Notes: generated by a model not told the origin, from the sequence alone. A stretch of 64,000 bases of DNA from an uncultured Chloroflexia bacterium (GCA_963793875.1 CAWCBS010000007.1:23489-87488); one strand, 5' to 3'; shown: positions 36,310 through 46,445, counted from the first letter of the stretch. Numbers and translations are program-made.

Positions 36310-37056
36310 ATGCCCTCCGTCGAACGGCGCGGCGGTCCACGCAGCAACCGGATCCTGGACGCCCTCCCGGCGGCTGACCGCCAGCGCCTCACGGCCGGCA
36401 TGGTCCCGGTGGCGCTCGGCATCAAGACCGTGCTCTTCGAGCCGGGCGAGCCGATCCCCGCCGTCCACTTCCCCCTGGACGGGGTGATCTCGCTGGTCAC
36501 GCCCCTGGACGATGGCGCCATCGTCGAGGTCGCCACCGTGGGCAACGAGGGCATCGTGGGCGTGCCCATGGTGGTGGGGGGCTCGCTCAACGTGCGCGCC
36601 ATCTCGCAGGTCTCGGGCAACGCGCTGCGCCTGGATGCCGGCGCCTTCCTCGAGGAGCTGGGGCGCGGAGGGGCGTTCGCCGTCATCGTCCACCAGTACG
36701 AGCAGGCGCTCTTCGGCCAGATCGCCCAGGCGGCCGCCTGCAACCGGCTCCACACCAATGAGGAGCGGTTGAGTCGCTGGCTGCTGATGAGCCACGATCG
36801 GGTGGGCGTCGACGACTTCGCGATCACCCATGAGTTCCTGGGCCAGATGCTGGGCTCACGCCGGGCGACCGTGACCCTCTCGGCCGGGATCCTCCAGGCC
36901 GCCGGGCTGATCCGCTACCACCGCGGTCACGTCACCATCCTCGATCGTGATGGTCTGGAATCCGTCTCCTGCGAGTGCTACGCGGTCATCAAGCAGCAGC
37001 TCGACCGGGTGGTGGAACCGTCCGGCAACGGCGAGCACCCGGGCGTCACCGCCTGA
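36310..37056 (+). CDS. Crp/Fnr family transcriptional regulator
   Basis: cNMP-binding-like domain (KTVLFEPGEPIPAVHFPLDGVISLV...VGNEGIVGVPM) plus C-terminal HTH (ITHEFLGQMLGSRRATVTLSAGILQAAGLIRYHRGHVTILD). Confidence 0.88.
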   Translation: MPSVERRGGPRSNRILDALPAADRQRLTAGMVPVALGIKTVLFEPGEPIPAVHFPLDGVISLVTPLDDGAIVEVATVGNEGIVGVPMVVGGSLNVRAISQVSGNALRLDAGAFLEELGRGGAFAVIVHQYEQALFGQIAQAAACNRLHTNEERLSRWLLMSHDRVGVDDFAITHEFLGQMLGSRRATVTLSAGILQAAGLIRYHRGHVTILDRDGLESVSCECYAVIKQQLDRVVEPSGNGEHPGVTA

Positions 37057-37299
37057 TCCGTACGCCAGCGCGCAGACGGCAGGCAGGCGGGCCCATACTC
37101 TGACCAGCTTGTCAGACGCACGCTGTCCGCTCCTCCGTGCCCGTCGCGGATGGGGAGGTCGGGTGGCCGCCGTCACGTCACGTGGTTCGACGCAGCCACC
37201 CGACCCAGGGAATCTGACGCGGAAGACCGGAACCGACGGGTCGTCAGCGTGGCGCGCACCCGGGGGAGATGCCCAACCGAAGCTGCCGGCTCGCCGCCG

Positions 37300-38109
37300 A
37301 TGGAGGAGCGCTTCGTCGTCCTCGGCGGCAGGAGGGTGCGCTACCTCATCGGCGGCGAAGGCAAACCCCTGGTGCTCTGCCACGGCTTCATCAGCTCGGG
37401 CGAGGAGTTCGGCGGCCGCTTCGCGGCGCTGGCGGCCCAGCGCACCCTGATCGCCCCCGACCTCCCCGGCAACGGGCAGTCCGACCCCCTGAAGGTGCGG
37501 CACAGCGCGGAGGCGATGGCCGGCGCGGTCTGGGCTCTGCTCGCCCACCTCGACGTCCGCAGCTTCGACCTGGCCGGGCTCTGCCTGGGCGCGTCGGTCG
37601 CCTGCGCCATGGCCCGCGACCACGAGGCCGCCGTCGACCACCTGATCTTGCACACCCCGCTGCTCGGCGAGGCGCTGATCCGGGCGCAGTACCGGTGGCA
37701 GGTGCGGATCCTCGCCTCCCGGGCGCTCTGGCCCACGGTGGTGTGGCTCAGCCGGCAGCGCGCGGTCAGCGACCTGTACAAGCGGCTGGCCATCGAGGGT
37801 AAGGACGTGGACGCCTACACCGCCGACGTCAACTACCTCAACCAGCGCCGCGCCAACCCTCGGGCCGCCCGGGAGTGGCTCAACGACGCCCTCGGCCGCC
37901 AGGACCTGGAGCTGGTCCGGAGCCGCTCCAGGCCGACCATGATCATCGTCCCCGAGCACGATCGGCTGGTCAACGTCGGCCGCCTCCGCGACATGGTCGC
38001 GCCGCTCGGCAACGTCGAGTTGGTGGTCGACGGCCAGGGCGGGCACGGCTGGAGCCCGGACGCGGTGGGGCGGCATCTCGCCGCCATGAGGCTGGCCCTC
38101 GCCGACTGA
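37300..38109 (+). CDS. alpha/beta hydrolase
   Basis: MEERFVVLGGRRVRYLIGGEGKPLVLCHGFISSGEEF...FDLAGLCLGASVACAMA...HDRLVNVGRLRDMV. Confidence 0.9.
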   Translation: MEERFVVLGGRRVRYLIGGEGKPLVLCHGFISSGEEFGGRFAALAAQRTLIAPDLPGNGQSDPLKVRHSAEAMAGAVWALLAHLDVRSFDLAGLCLGASVACAMARDHEAAVDHLILHTPLLGEALIRAQYRWQVRILASRALWPTVVWLSRQRAVSDLYKRLAIEGKDVDAYTADVNYLNQRRANPRAAREWLNDALGRQDLELVRSRSRPTMIIVPEHDRLVNVGRLRDMVAPLGNVELVVDGQGGHGWSPDAVGRHLAAMRLALAD

Positions 38110-38240
38110 TTCGGAGCGGGATCCCACCGATCGAGGTGGGCGCCGAATCCGAACCGATCCGGCCGGAACCTGCAATCGCACGCCGGCAACCGCCATGATG
38201 AGCAGGCGAGCCGCCCCGCGATCCCGCCTGGAGGCCGGCC

Positions 38241-39046
38241 ATGACGACCCTCCTGCTGGTGCATGCGCACCCGGATGACGAATCGATCCTCACCGGAGGG
38301 GTCATGCTCCACGCCCACCGGGATGGCCACCGAGGGTCCTGGTCACGGCGACCCGGGGGGAGGAGGGCGAGGTCCACCACATGGACGAGGCGGCGTCGCG
38401 CCCGCGCCTGGGAGAGATCCGGACCGAGGAGCTGCTCGCCGCCTGCACCATCCTGGGGGTGGACCGCCAGGAGTTCCTCGGCTACCGCGACTCAGGGTCG
38501 AGCGGGGCTCCGAGCAACGCTCACCCCCAGTCCTTCGACCGCGCGCCGCTGGGTGAGGCGGCGGCCCGGGTGGCGGTGATCCTGCGCAGCGAGCGCCCCG
38601 AGGTGGTGGTCACCTACACGTCGGACGGCACGTACCGTCACCCCGACCACCGCAAGGCCCACGAGACGACCATGGCCGCCCTGGACACGCTGGCCGGGGA
38701 GGGGTGGGCCCCGATCAAGCTGTACCTCAACGCGGTACCCCGCAGGTTCGTCTGCGGCATCGTCGCGGTGGCGCGGGATGCGGGCATCGCGCTCCCCGGG
38801 GAGCTGGGCCAGGCCGAGGGCGTCCCCGACGGCGAGATCACCACCGAGGTCGACGTCTGCGACGTGCTGGACCTCAAGCTGGCCGCCTGCGTCAGCCACC
38901 TCAGCCAGATGCACCCCGGGCTCGCCCTCGCCGCCCTGGCTGCCGAGCTCTTCGAGGCAGCCTTCGGCATCGAGCGATACGTCCTGGCTCGCGGCGTCCC
39001 GCTGCGGGACCGGCCGGAGCGCAGCCTCTTCGCCGGCGTTGGCTGA
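38241..39046 (+). pseudogene. PIG-L/LmbE-like deacetylase with a frameshift near 38325
   Basis: Frame 1 MTTLLLVHAHPDDESILTGGVMLHAHRDG then frame 3 PRVLVTATRGEEGEVHHMDEAASRPRLGEIRTEELLAACTILGV...TYRHPDHRKAHE. Confidence 0.8.
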
Positions 39047-39072
39047 GCAGCCCCGCCGCGTGTGGCCGCCGA

Positions 39073-39094
39073 CCGGCGCGGTGACCCGCGCCGG
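39073..39094. terminator. hairpin between convergent genes
   Basis: CCGGCGCGG-TGAC-CCGCGCCGG, perfect 9-bp stem. Confidence 0.45.
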
Positions 39095-39114
39095 CCGGTG
39101 GACCTCATCGAGTG

Positions 39115-39315
39115 CTAGGCGGCGCGCACCTGACGCGCGCGCGGGCCCTTGTCACTCGTCTCGACGGCGAAGCTCACGCGCTCGCCGACCGCCAGGCTCT
39201 CGAAGTTGAGCGACGGGTCGAGTCCGCTGCGGTGGAAGAAGTACTCCGCGCCATCCTCAGCGGTGATGAAACCAAAGCCGCGCTCCTGCACGACTTTCTT
39301 GACGGTACCAGTCAT
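39115..39315 (-). CDS. csp: cold shock domain protein
   Basis: MTGTVKKVVQERGFGFITAEDGAEYFFHRSGLDPSLNFESLAVGERVSFAVETSDKGPRARQVRAA. Confidence 0.93.
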   Translation of the reverse strand: MTGTVKKVVQERGFGFITAEDGAEYFFHRSGLDPSLNFESLAVGERVSFAVETSDKGPRARQVRAA

Positions 39316-39537
39316 GCCTGGTCTCTCCTGTCCTTCTCGGATCACTCACGACGCGCGGGTCCGTTCGAGAAGGGGAAGACCACGAGCGACTCCCGCCCGA
39401 ATTGGGCGGCTCCCCGTAGCGTACCCCAATCCCGGGAAACCACGCGGTCCGCGACCCATCCGTGCCGGGTTCGGCGCGTCAGCCACGATCTCTCCGCCTG
39501 GGGCCGGGGGCGACCCCGGCCGTGGCCGGCCGGCGGG

Positions 39538-39981
39538 TCAGGCCCGGGTGGCCAGCAGGACCGGGATCTGACGCGAGGTCTTGGTCTGGTACTCGGCGTA
39601 CGGGGGGTAGGCGGCGACCGCCCGCTCCCACCACACCGCCCGCTCGTCTCCACTCAGCTCGCGGACCGCGACGTCGAACGGCGCCGGGCCGTCCTGGATC
39701 ATCACCTCGGTGGGGCTGGCGGCCAGGTTGTGATACCACTCCGGGTTCTCGGGGGTCCCCCCTTTGGAGGCCACGATCGCGTACTCGCCGCCGTGCTCGA
39801 CGCGCATCACCGCGATCTTGCGGACCTTGCCGGAGCGGTGACCGCGCATGGTGACGATGATCACCGGCCAGCCGGTGTCGCCCAGCGTGTTGCCCCGCGT
39901 CCCACCGGACAACTCGTACTCGGCGACCTGGTCGCGCACCCACTGGGCGGGGCTGGGCTCGTACTCACCGCTGACGGGCAT
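39538..39981 (-). CDS. deazaflavin (F420)-dependent nitroreductase family protein
   Basis: GTRGNTLGDTGWPVIIVTMRGHRSGKVRKIAVMRVEHGGEYAIVASKGGTPENPEWYHNLAASP. Confidence 0.9.
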   Translation of the reverse strand: MPVSGEYEPSPAQWVRDQVAEYELSGGTRGNTLGDTGWPVIIVTMRGHRSGKVRKIAVMRVEHGGEYAIVASKGGTPENPEWYHNLAASPTEVMIQDGPAPFDVAVRELSGDERAVWWERAVAAYPPYAEYQTKTSRQIPVLLATRA

Positions 39982-40056
39982 GGAGGGAGTTTAAGCCGCG
40001 CCCGCGCCCCGGCGCCATCCCGGGCCCCGCCCCGGGCGCGCCCCCGACCGGCGGAG

Positions 40057-40560
40057 ATCAGGCGTAGGCCCGCGCCTGGAGCTGGAAGAGATCGGCGTAG
40101 AGGCCCCCCGCCGCCATCAGCTCGCGGTGGGAGCCGAACTCGATCAGCCGGCCGTGCTCCAGCACCGCGATCAGATCGGCCATCAGCACCGTGGAGAAGC
40201 GGTGCGAGACCAGCACGGTGACCCCGCCCACCTCCCGGCTCGCCCGCCCCGCCGAGGTTCGCGTAGCGCTCGAAGAGGCTGTGCTCCGCGGAGGCGTCCA
40301 GCGCTGCCGCCGGCTCGTCGAGGATCAGCAGGAGCGGGGTCCGGCGCATCAGGGTGCGGGCCAGGCCGACGGTCTGCCACTGACCGCCGGAGAGCTCGGC
40401 GCCGTGCTCATACTCGCGGCCCACGTAGCCGGCGAGGCCGCCGCTCACCACGCGCACCACCCGCTCGGCGTGGGCGTCGGCCACCGCGGCGGCGACGGCC
40501 GGCGGATCGGAGAGCCGGGGGACGTCACCCAGGCCGGCCTCCGTCTCGGAGCTCGGCGCG
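40057..40560 (-). pseudogene. ABC transporter ATPase C-terminal remnant with frameshift
   Basis: [53 protein letters not shown] then, in another frame, [54 protein letters not shown]; Walker A absent. Confidence 0.75.
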
Positions 40561-40585
40561 GCGAGCGCGGGTATCCTCTCCGCTC

Positions 40586-41266
40586 ATGGAGCCGGGACTC
40601 TCGGTGGTGTGCGGGGCGAGCGGGGGACTGGGTCCCGCGGTCCTCGACGCCATGACCGCGTTCGGCGATCCGGTGGTCGGGGTCGCGTCGCCGCGCTCCG
40701 ACCCCGAGCGGCTGGCGGCGCTGAGGCCCGGGGTCCGCTGGGAACGCGCCGAGCTCTCCGACCCGGCGGCGGTCGAGGCGCTCTGGGCCCGTGTCGACGC
40801 CCTCGGCGAGGTGCGGCGGCTGGTCAACGTCACCGGCGGCTTCGCCCCCGGCACGGTCGCCGGCGGCTCACCGGAGCTGGTGCGCCAGATGCTCCGGCTC
40901 AACCTCGAGACGGCGTGGTGGTCGTGCCGCGAGGCGGCCCGCCGGATGACCGCCGCGGGCGGCGGCGGGGCGATCGTCAACGTGGGCTCGGCGTCCGGAA
41001 TCCGGCTGGGTGGCGGCGCCGCCGCCTACGCGGTCTCCAAGGCCGCGCTCCACGCCCTGACCCGGGTGCTGGCGGCCGAGCTGGCCGGCGAACTGATCCG
41101 CGTCAACGCGGTGGCGCCGGGAACCATCGACACCCCTGCCAACCGGGCGTGGATGGGCGCCGCCGACCTCGCGGCCGCAGTCTCGCCGGAGCGCGTCGCC
41201 GCGACCATCGCCGCCCTCTGCTCGGGCGGCGACGGTGCCACCGGAACCGTGGTGGAGGTCGGCTGA
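40586..41266 (+). CDS. SDR family oxidoreductase
   Basis: [19 protein letters not shown]...[11 protein letters not shown]...[57 protein letters not shown]. Confidence 0.9.
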   Translation: MEPGLSVVCGASGGLGPAVLDAMTAFGDPVVGVASPRSDPERLAALRPGVRWERAELSDPAAVEALWARVDALGEVRRLVNVTGGFAPGTVAGGSPELVRQMLRLNLETAWWSCREAARRMTAAGGGGAIVNVGSASGIRLGGGAAAYAVSKAALHALTRVLAAELAGELIRVNAVAPGTIDTPANRAWMGAADLAAAVSPERVAATIAALCSGGDGATGTVVEVG

Positions 41267-41333
41267 CCGCCCCACCCGCCGAGGGTCGCCCCCCGGGTCC
41301 TCGCGCCGGAGACGGACCGCCGTCCCGCGCGGC

Positions 41334-42266
41334 TCAGCCGGGCTTGAAGAACATGCCGATGAGGGCCGGTCCGAGCAGGATCACGAAGACGCAGGGGAAG
41401 ATGCAGCCCATCATCGGCATCAGCATCAGCACCGGAGCGCGGTGACCGGCCTCCTCGGCGCGCTGCTTGCGCTTGCGCCGCAGCTCCTCTGACTGGATGC
41501 GCAGCACGTTGACGACGCTCACCCCGAGTGGCTCCGACTGAACCACCGAACGGCAGAACTCGGTCAGCTCGTCGACGTCGTTGCGCTCGGCCATGGCCAT
41601 CATCGCCTCACCGCGCGGGCGGCCGAGCCGGATCTCGTTGAGCAGCTTCTGGAACTCCTTGGAGAGCAGTGACTCGTCCGACTCGCCGACCCGCATGATC
41701 GACATGTCCAACGACAGCCCGGCCTCCATGCAGACGGTGAGCAGATCCATGACGCCCGCCAGCGCGAGCTGGATGTCCTTCTGCCGCTTCTTCGCCTTGC
41801 GGTCCAGCGAGAGGGTCGGATACATGTACATGCCGATGACACCGGCCCCGATCAGGAGCAGGTTCTGGGGAGGCTTGAGGTCGGCGAGCTCGGCGAGGCC
41901 GAGGCAGACCGCCGCTCCCGCGAAGGGGAGGATGAGGCGGAGCGCCAGCAGCGTCTCGGGCCGCTGTCGTGAGCCCGACTTGGCGACCAGCTTGCGGAGC
42001 TGCTGGAGCTGTCCCTCCTTGGTCCGCTTGGCGATCATGTTGCCGATCCCGCTGAGCACCGGCAGCACCAACCGCTCGAAGGCGGGCTGGGTGAACTCGC
42101 CGGTCTCCAGATCGATGTCGTAGGTGACCGCGTTGGGCACGCTGGCCAGACGCTGCTCCAGGATGCTGCCGAGCGGTGCCGAGGGCACCATCAGCCAGAC
42201 GGCCAGGAACACCACCACGGCGATCACCGCGCCGGCGCCGACCAGGATCACGAGGTTGGAGCTCAT
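41334..42266 (-). CDS. tadC: type II secretion system F family protein, TadC-like
   Basis: T2SSF: LAGVMDLLTVCMEAGLSLDMSIMRVGESDESLLSKEFQKLLNEIRLGRPRGEAMMAMAERNDVDELTEFCRSVVQSEPLGVSV. Confidence 0.85.
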   Translation of the reverse strand: MSSNLVILVGAGAVIAVVVFLAVWLMVPSAPLGSILEQRLASVPNAVTYDIDLETGEFTQPAFERLVLPVLSGIGNMIAKRTKEGQLQQLRKLVAKSGSRQRPETLLALRLILPFAGAAVCLGLAELADLKPPQNLLLIGAGVIGMYMYPTLSLDRKAKKRQKDIQLALAGVMDLLTVCMEAGLSLDMSIMRVGESDESLLSKEFQKLLNEIRLGRPRGEAMMAMAERNDVDELTEFCRSVVQSEPLGVSVVNVLRIQSEELRRKRKQRAEEAGHRAPVLMLMPMMGCIFPCVFVILLGPALIGMFFKPG

Positions 42267-43234
42267 ACCTTCACGTTCACGATCTTGCGGATGATTCCGT
42301 AGCCGCAGAGGATCATGAAACCGGCCAGCCCGAGCATGATCTGTCCGGGGGTCGTCTTCAGCATCGGGTCGAAGTAGGTCGGGGCGATCAGCATCAGGAT
42401 CGCGGTCATGCCGAAGGGCAGGGCGATCAGCACCCACCCCGAGGCGCGGGCCTGGCCGGTGAGGGACTTGATCTCACCCTTGATCCGGATCCGCTCGCGC
42501 ACCGTGTACTCGATGGTGTCGAGGATGTGGGCGAGGTTGCCGCCCACCTGCGACTGGATCTGGACGGCGATGAGCATGAGGCGGAGGTCCTCCGAGTCGT
42601 TGCGATGGACCATCCGGGCGAGGGCCTCGTTCATGGGCAGGCCGAGCTGCACCTCGCGGGTCACCCTCCCCAGCTCCGCCCCCATCGGGACGGGGAGGTT
42701 CTTGGCCGCGAGGTCGACGGATTGCGCGAAGGTGTAGCCGGCCTTCATCGCGCCGCTGAGCTGGAGGATGGTCGGCGACAGCTGGGCGTTGAAGGCCTTG
42801 GTGCGCTTGGACTGGCGGTAGCGGAGGAAGAACTGCGCTCCCATGTACCCCACCAGCACCCCGATCGGGAAGAAGAGCAGGGCTCCGAAGCGGAGGTAGA
42901 GCAGGGCTCCCACCACCAGCGCGGTGCCCGCCGAGATCAGGATCCACTCGGTCGGTCGCACCTTGAGGTTGGCGCGGGCCAGCCGGTCGGCCAGGCGCGA
43001 GCCCCGATCGGTGCGCTCGAACCGGCTGCCGACCGCCGACTGGACCACGTGGCGGAGCTGGCCGACGGGATCACGCGGCGCCTGCGCCTCCTTGGTGACC
43101 AGCGGGGCCAGATCGCCGAGCTGGCGAAGCCGGTCGTGGAGCATCGAGTCCGCGCCCGGGAGGATGAACACGATGATGGCGAGGAAGAGGGCGAGCGCCC
43201 CGACGCCGGCAAGGAGGATGGCGGTCGAGCTCAT
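42263..43234 (-). CDS. tadB: type II secretion system F family protein, TadB-like
   Basis: LSPTILQLSGAMKAGYTFAQSVDLAAKNLPVPMGAELGRVTREVQLGLPMNEALARMVHRNDSEDLRLMLIAVQIQSQVGGNLAHIL. Confidence 0.87.
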   Translation of the reverse strand: MSSTAILLAGVGALALFLAIIVFILPGADSMLHDRLRQLGDLAPLVTKEAQAPRDPVGQLRHVVQSAVGSRFERTDRGSRLADRLARANLKVRPTEWILISAGTALVVGALLYLRFGALLFFPIGVLVGYMGAQFFLRYRQSKRTKAFNAQLSPTILQLSGAMKAGYTFAQSVDLAAKNLPVPMGAELGRVTREVQLGLPMNEALARMVHRNDSEDLRLMLIAVQIQSQVGGNLAHILDTIEYTVRERIRIKGEIKSLTGQARASGWVLIALPFGMTAILMLIAPTYFDPMLKTTPGQIMLGLAGFMILCGYGIIRKIVNVKV

Positions 43235-43261
43235 CTCGGATCGCTGCGGGCTCCCAGGCCC

Positions 43262-44134
43262 TCAGCCTCCGAAGTAGGTGTTGGGGGACGTCCCCGAGAT
43301 GCTCCCCGGCTGAGCTCCGATGGCGGGCACCGGCGAGGCGCCGGCGGTCGGGTAGTCGTTGGAGGAGACGATCAGGTACTGGAGGACGTCACTGTTGTCG
43401 GTGGCGGCGATCAGGGCGGCGGCATCCTGGGCCGGCAGCTCCACCATGAGCAGGGCGGAGGTGCTGGAGCTGGCCGCGCTCGACGAGGCGGCCGCCCCAG
43501 CACTGCTGGGGGCCGCGGTGGCAGCGCTCCCGGAACCCTGGCCGATGGCGAGGACCAGGACCTTCTGGTAACCCCAGTAGAGGGTGGTCCCGGTGGGGTT
43601 GTAGACGAGGATGTCGATCCGGTCGAGGGCTTGGATGTACCCGCCGGTTCCCTCGCCCGTGCCACTGCTGGCTTCGGGGGCGTAGGGGATCGACACCGCG
43701 ACGTAGCCGGAGGGGAGCACGGCCGGAAGCCCGGCGGCCGCCGGCGCCGCGCTGGCGGCGCTGGTCGTGACCATCGAGCTGAGCACGGGGAGCCCGGCGA
43801 AGATGGTGGTGGACGCGTAGTGAGTGGTCTGGGTGAGCGAGGCGATGGTCGTGTAGTCGGTGCCCCCGGCGGTGGTCAGGATGGTCATCAGGTTCTGGGG
43901 GACGGGCTTGGTGGTGAGGTCGGCCGCGGTGAGCGGGGCGCCCGCGGCGATGTTCGAGGCGGCCTCGACCACGGTCACGTTCGGAATGGGCGGGGTGGTG
44001 TTGTTGGTGGAGTTCCCGGTGGAGGTCGGGGTCTTACCCGTGTACTCCATGGCGAGATAGAAGGCGCCCGCCGCGATGAGGGCGGCGACGACGGCGACGA
44101 GAGCGCGGCGGCGGCGCTGAGCACTGACAGCCAC
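43262..44134 (-). CDS. cpaB: CpaB/RcpC-like Flp pilus assembly protein (SAF domain)
   Basis: N-terminal TM, VTVVEAASNIAAGAPLTAADLTTKPVPQNL SAF-like segment, GLPVLSSMVTT. Confidence 0.65.
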   Translation of the reverse strand: MAVSAQRRRRALVAVVAALIAAGAFYLAMEYTGKTPTSTGNSTNNTTPPIPNVTVVEAASNIAAGAPLTAADLTTKPVPQNLMTILTTAGGTDYTTIASLTQTTHYASTTIFAGLPVLSSMVTTSAASAAPAAAGLPAVLPSGYVAVSIPYAPEASSGTGEGTGGYIQALDRIDILVYNPTGTTLYWGYQKVLVLAIGQGSGSAATAAPSSAGAAASSSAASSSTSALLMVELPAQDAAALIAATDNSDVLQYLIVSSNDYPTAGASPVPAIGAQPGSISGTSPNTYFGG

Positions 44135-44377
44135 TGTTTCCTTCCTGTCGTTCCGCGATGGGCACCGGTCCCCGGAAGCTCCGAGCCGTGGGGAGACCGC
44201 ACGGTCCTGAGGGTCCTGGGGTGGATCCGTTCTGCAGATCGTGCAGGGACGTCAAGGTGGGCGAACGAGCGCGTCATCGAACTGTGAATGCCCTGCGGCA
44301 TCTCGGGCACCCGGTGACGGACGGGTGGTTACCGCGTGCCGGGATGGACGCTCCGCCCCGCTTGGTAGCATCCGGGC

Positions 44378-45046
44378 GTGTCGCAGCGCGCCCGGCTCTA
44401 CCTCGTCCGCCACTGCGACGTCGCCAACCCGCGCCGGGTCCTCTACGGCTACCTGCCCGGCTTCGGCCTCAGTGAGAAGGGCCTCGCCCAGGCCGAGTCG
44501 CTCGGCGAGCGTCTCGCCGGACAGCCGATCCGGGCGATCCGGACCAGCCCCCTCGAACGGGCCCGGCAGACCGCCGGGATCATCGCCGGGCATCTCGACG
44601 CTCCGGAGGTGATCCCCGACGACGACCTGGTCGAGGCGCGCTTCAGCCTCTACCTCCAGAGCGTCCCGTACGCCCAGGTCCCGTGGCGCCGGCCGCTGTG
44701 GTGGGTGCACATGGTCTTTCCCGGCCTGCTCCGGCGGGACGAGAGCGTGACCAAGATGGCGGATCGCGTGGAGCGCTCCCTGCAGCGCCTGCTCGACAGC
44801 TTCCCCGAGGGGAGCGGGGTCTGCGTTAGTCATGGCGACCCCATCCAGGCCTTCTGGATCCGTCACCTGCGACGCCGGCCCTGGGCACTTCACCACCTCC
44901 AATGCGCCAAGGGCGGCATGCTGGTCGTCGATTACCTCGACCGGCGGCTGACGAGCGTCCACTACGTCGCCCCTCAGGTGGGGAGCGATCCGGCCGGCGC
45001 GGCGGCCGCGGACGGGACGCCGCCCGCGAGCCCCGCTCACGCCTGA
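44378..45046 (+). CDS. histidine phosphatase family protein
   Basis: RLYLVRHCDVANPRRVLYGYLPGFGLSEKGLAQAESLGERLAGQPIRAIRTSPLERARQTA...GVCVSHGDPIQ; usual RHG is RHC here. Confidence 0.88.
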   Translation: MSQRARLYLVRHCDVANPRRVLYGYLPGFGLSEKGLAQAESLGERLAGQPIRAIRTSPLERARQTAGIIAGHLDAPEVIPDDDLVEARFSLYLQSVPYAQVPWRRPLWWVHMVFPGLLRRDESVTKMADRVERSLQRLLDSFPEGSGVCVSHGDPIQAFWIRHLRRRPWALHHLQCAKGGMLVVDYLDRRLTSVHYVAPQVGSDPAGAAAADGTPPASPAHA

Positions 45047-45379
45047 CCGACCGAGGCTCAGCCCGCACATTCGCGTGGTCGGCCATTCGGCACCCGCACC
45101 ATGATTGCGGTCGCCATGTCGGCGTTCGTCAGCAAGGGGGACGACTTCGACCTCCTGCCGGCCGCCATCCATGGCGCGGACGTCATGCCCACGGAGTCGG
45201 ACTACCGGTTCCTCCTCCACCACCGCGCCACCGGGATGCTCCGGCGCTCCGAGCCGCGCGCCCTCGGCCTCGCGGGCCGGAGGAGCGCCGGCGGCTCGGC
45301 GGCCCTGGTCAACCCCGGCTGAGGTCACGGGGAGACCTCGGAGCGGGTGCCGCCCAGATCCCGGCGGGCCCGGCTGGGC

Positions 45380-46024
45380 TCATCCCTCGAGCAGCAGCCC
45401 CTGGGGATCGAAGACGGCGACCAGCTCCTCCACCGGGCCGGCTCCGGCCGGCCCTGCCACCTCGACGGCCACCCCGACCGGCACCAGGCGGAGATGGGCG
45501 GCGACGATCGCCGCCAGCCGGCCCCGGCTCCCCAGCAGCAGCGAGGTGACGTCGTAGCCGACCACGTCCTTGAGGACGGCGGCGCCGGCCATCATCGGTG
45601 CGCCGCCGGGAAGCACCGCCTCGATGCCGGTGAGGCTGCGCCGGGGCAGCTCGCCCCGGGCGACCAATTCGCCGACGTGCTCCGCGCCCGGGTGGGCGCC
45701 CAGGCCCGGCACGGCCATGCCGGCGGCGGCGAGTGCCGCGTCGAGCGCGGCCAGCGTCGCCCCCGCCTCCGCCCGAACGATCCCGCGCGGGGCGTCGACG
45801 CCGATCACCGCGAGCCCGGCGAGGCTGAGGACGGTCACCGCCTCCGAGCCGCTGACGCCGGTGGCGGAGCCGCTGCTGATCCGCAGGCGCAGGCGGTGCT
45901 CCTGGGCGATCCGCAGGACGGCGGCGACTCCGCCCGCTGAGGCGGGCACGAGAAGCGCGCCGTCCCGGAGCACGCATCCCGCCCCCAGGGCCTCGGTCAG
46001 CGCTCGGCGGAGGCTCGCGTCCAC
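45380..46024 (-). CDS. FAD-binding oxidoreductase (PCMH/GlcE-like), short
   Basis: LRISSGSATGVSGSEAVTVLSLAGLAVIGVDAPRGIVRAEAGATLAALDAALAAAGMAVPG...GAAVLKDVVGYDVTSLLLGSRGRLAAIVAAHLRLVP. Confidence 0.75.
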   Translation of the reverse strand: MDASLRRALTEALGAGCVLRDGALLVPASAGGVAAVLRIAQEHRLRLRISSGSATGVSGSEAVTVLSLAGLAVIGVDAPRGIVRAEAGATLAALDAALAAAGMAVPGLGAHPGAEHVGELVARGELPRRSLTGIEAVLPGGAPMMAGAAVLKDVVGYDVTSLLLGSRGRLAAIVAAHLRLVPVGVAVEVAGPAGAGPVEELVAVFDPQGLLLEG

Positions 46025-46121
46025 TGGCGGCTGAGTGTAGGGGTCCGCAACTGGCGTCCCCCGATCAGGTCCGCGGCCCTCCCCCCCTGCCGGCTCCGCC
46101 TCCCCGCAAGTGCCGACCCGG

Positions 46122-46316
46122 CTACGAGCTCTTGGGCTTGGCCCAGGTGACCACGGTGGTCTGACCGGGGCGCTCGCGGCGCGAGATGAGCTCCCAGCCG
46201 GCAGCGCCCAGGAGCTTCGCCTCGGCCCTGAGCTCCTCGTCGCTGTCGGCGCGCTCCAGCAGCAGCGAGCCATCGGGGAGGCGCTCGGCGCTGGCCAGAT
46301 CTTCCGCGGAGAGCAT
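46122..46316 (-). CDS. small hypothetical protein
   Basis: MLSAEDLASAERLPDGSLLLERADSDEELRAEAKLLGAAGWELISRRERPGQTTVVTWAKPKSS. Confidence 0.5.
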   Translation of the reverse strand: MLSAEDLASAERLPDGSLLLERADSDEELRAEAKLLGAAGWELISRRERPGQTTVVTWAKPKSS

Positions 46317-46445
46317 GGGCTGAGAGTACGAGCACACCTCGGGCGCGCCGGGGATGGATGGGTGACGGAACGCCGATATCGGGTCACAAGGGGCACCACG
46401 GATCACACAGCGCCGCGTCGGCCGGTGGCGCTGCCACCGGCGGGC

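Noticed and set aside
34258-36831. 857-aa minus-strand ORF
   Set aside because: Antisense to the LacI-type sensor kinase and Crp genes; no recognisable protein features.
45101-45322. 73-aa ORF after the histidine phosphatase
   Set aside because: Composition is plausible but there is no family, RBS or conservation evidence available.
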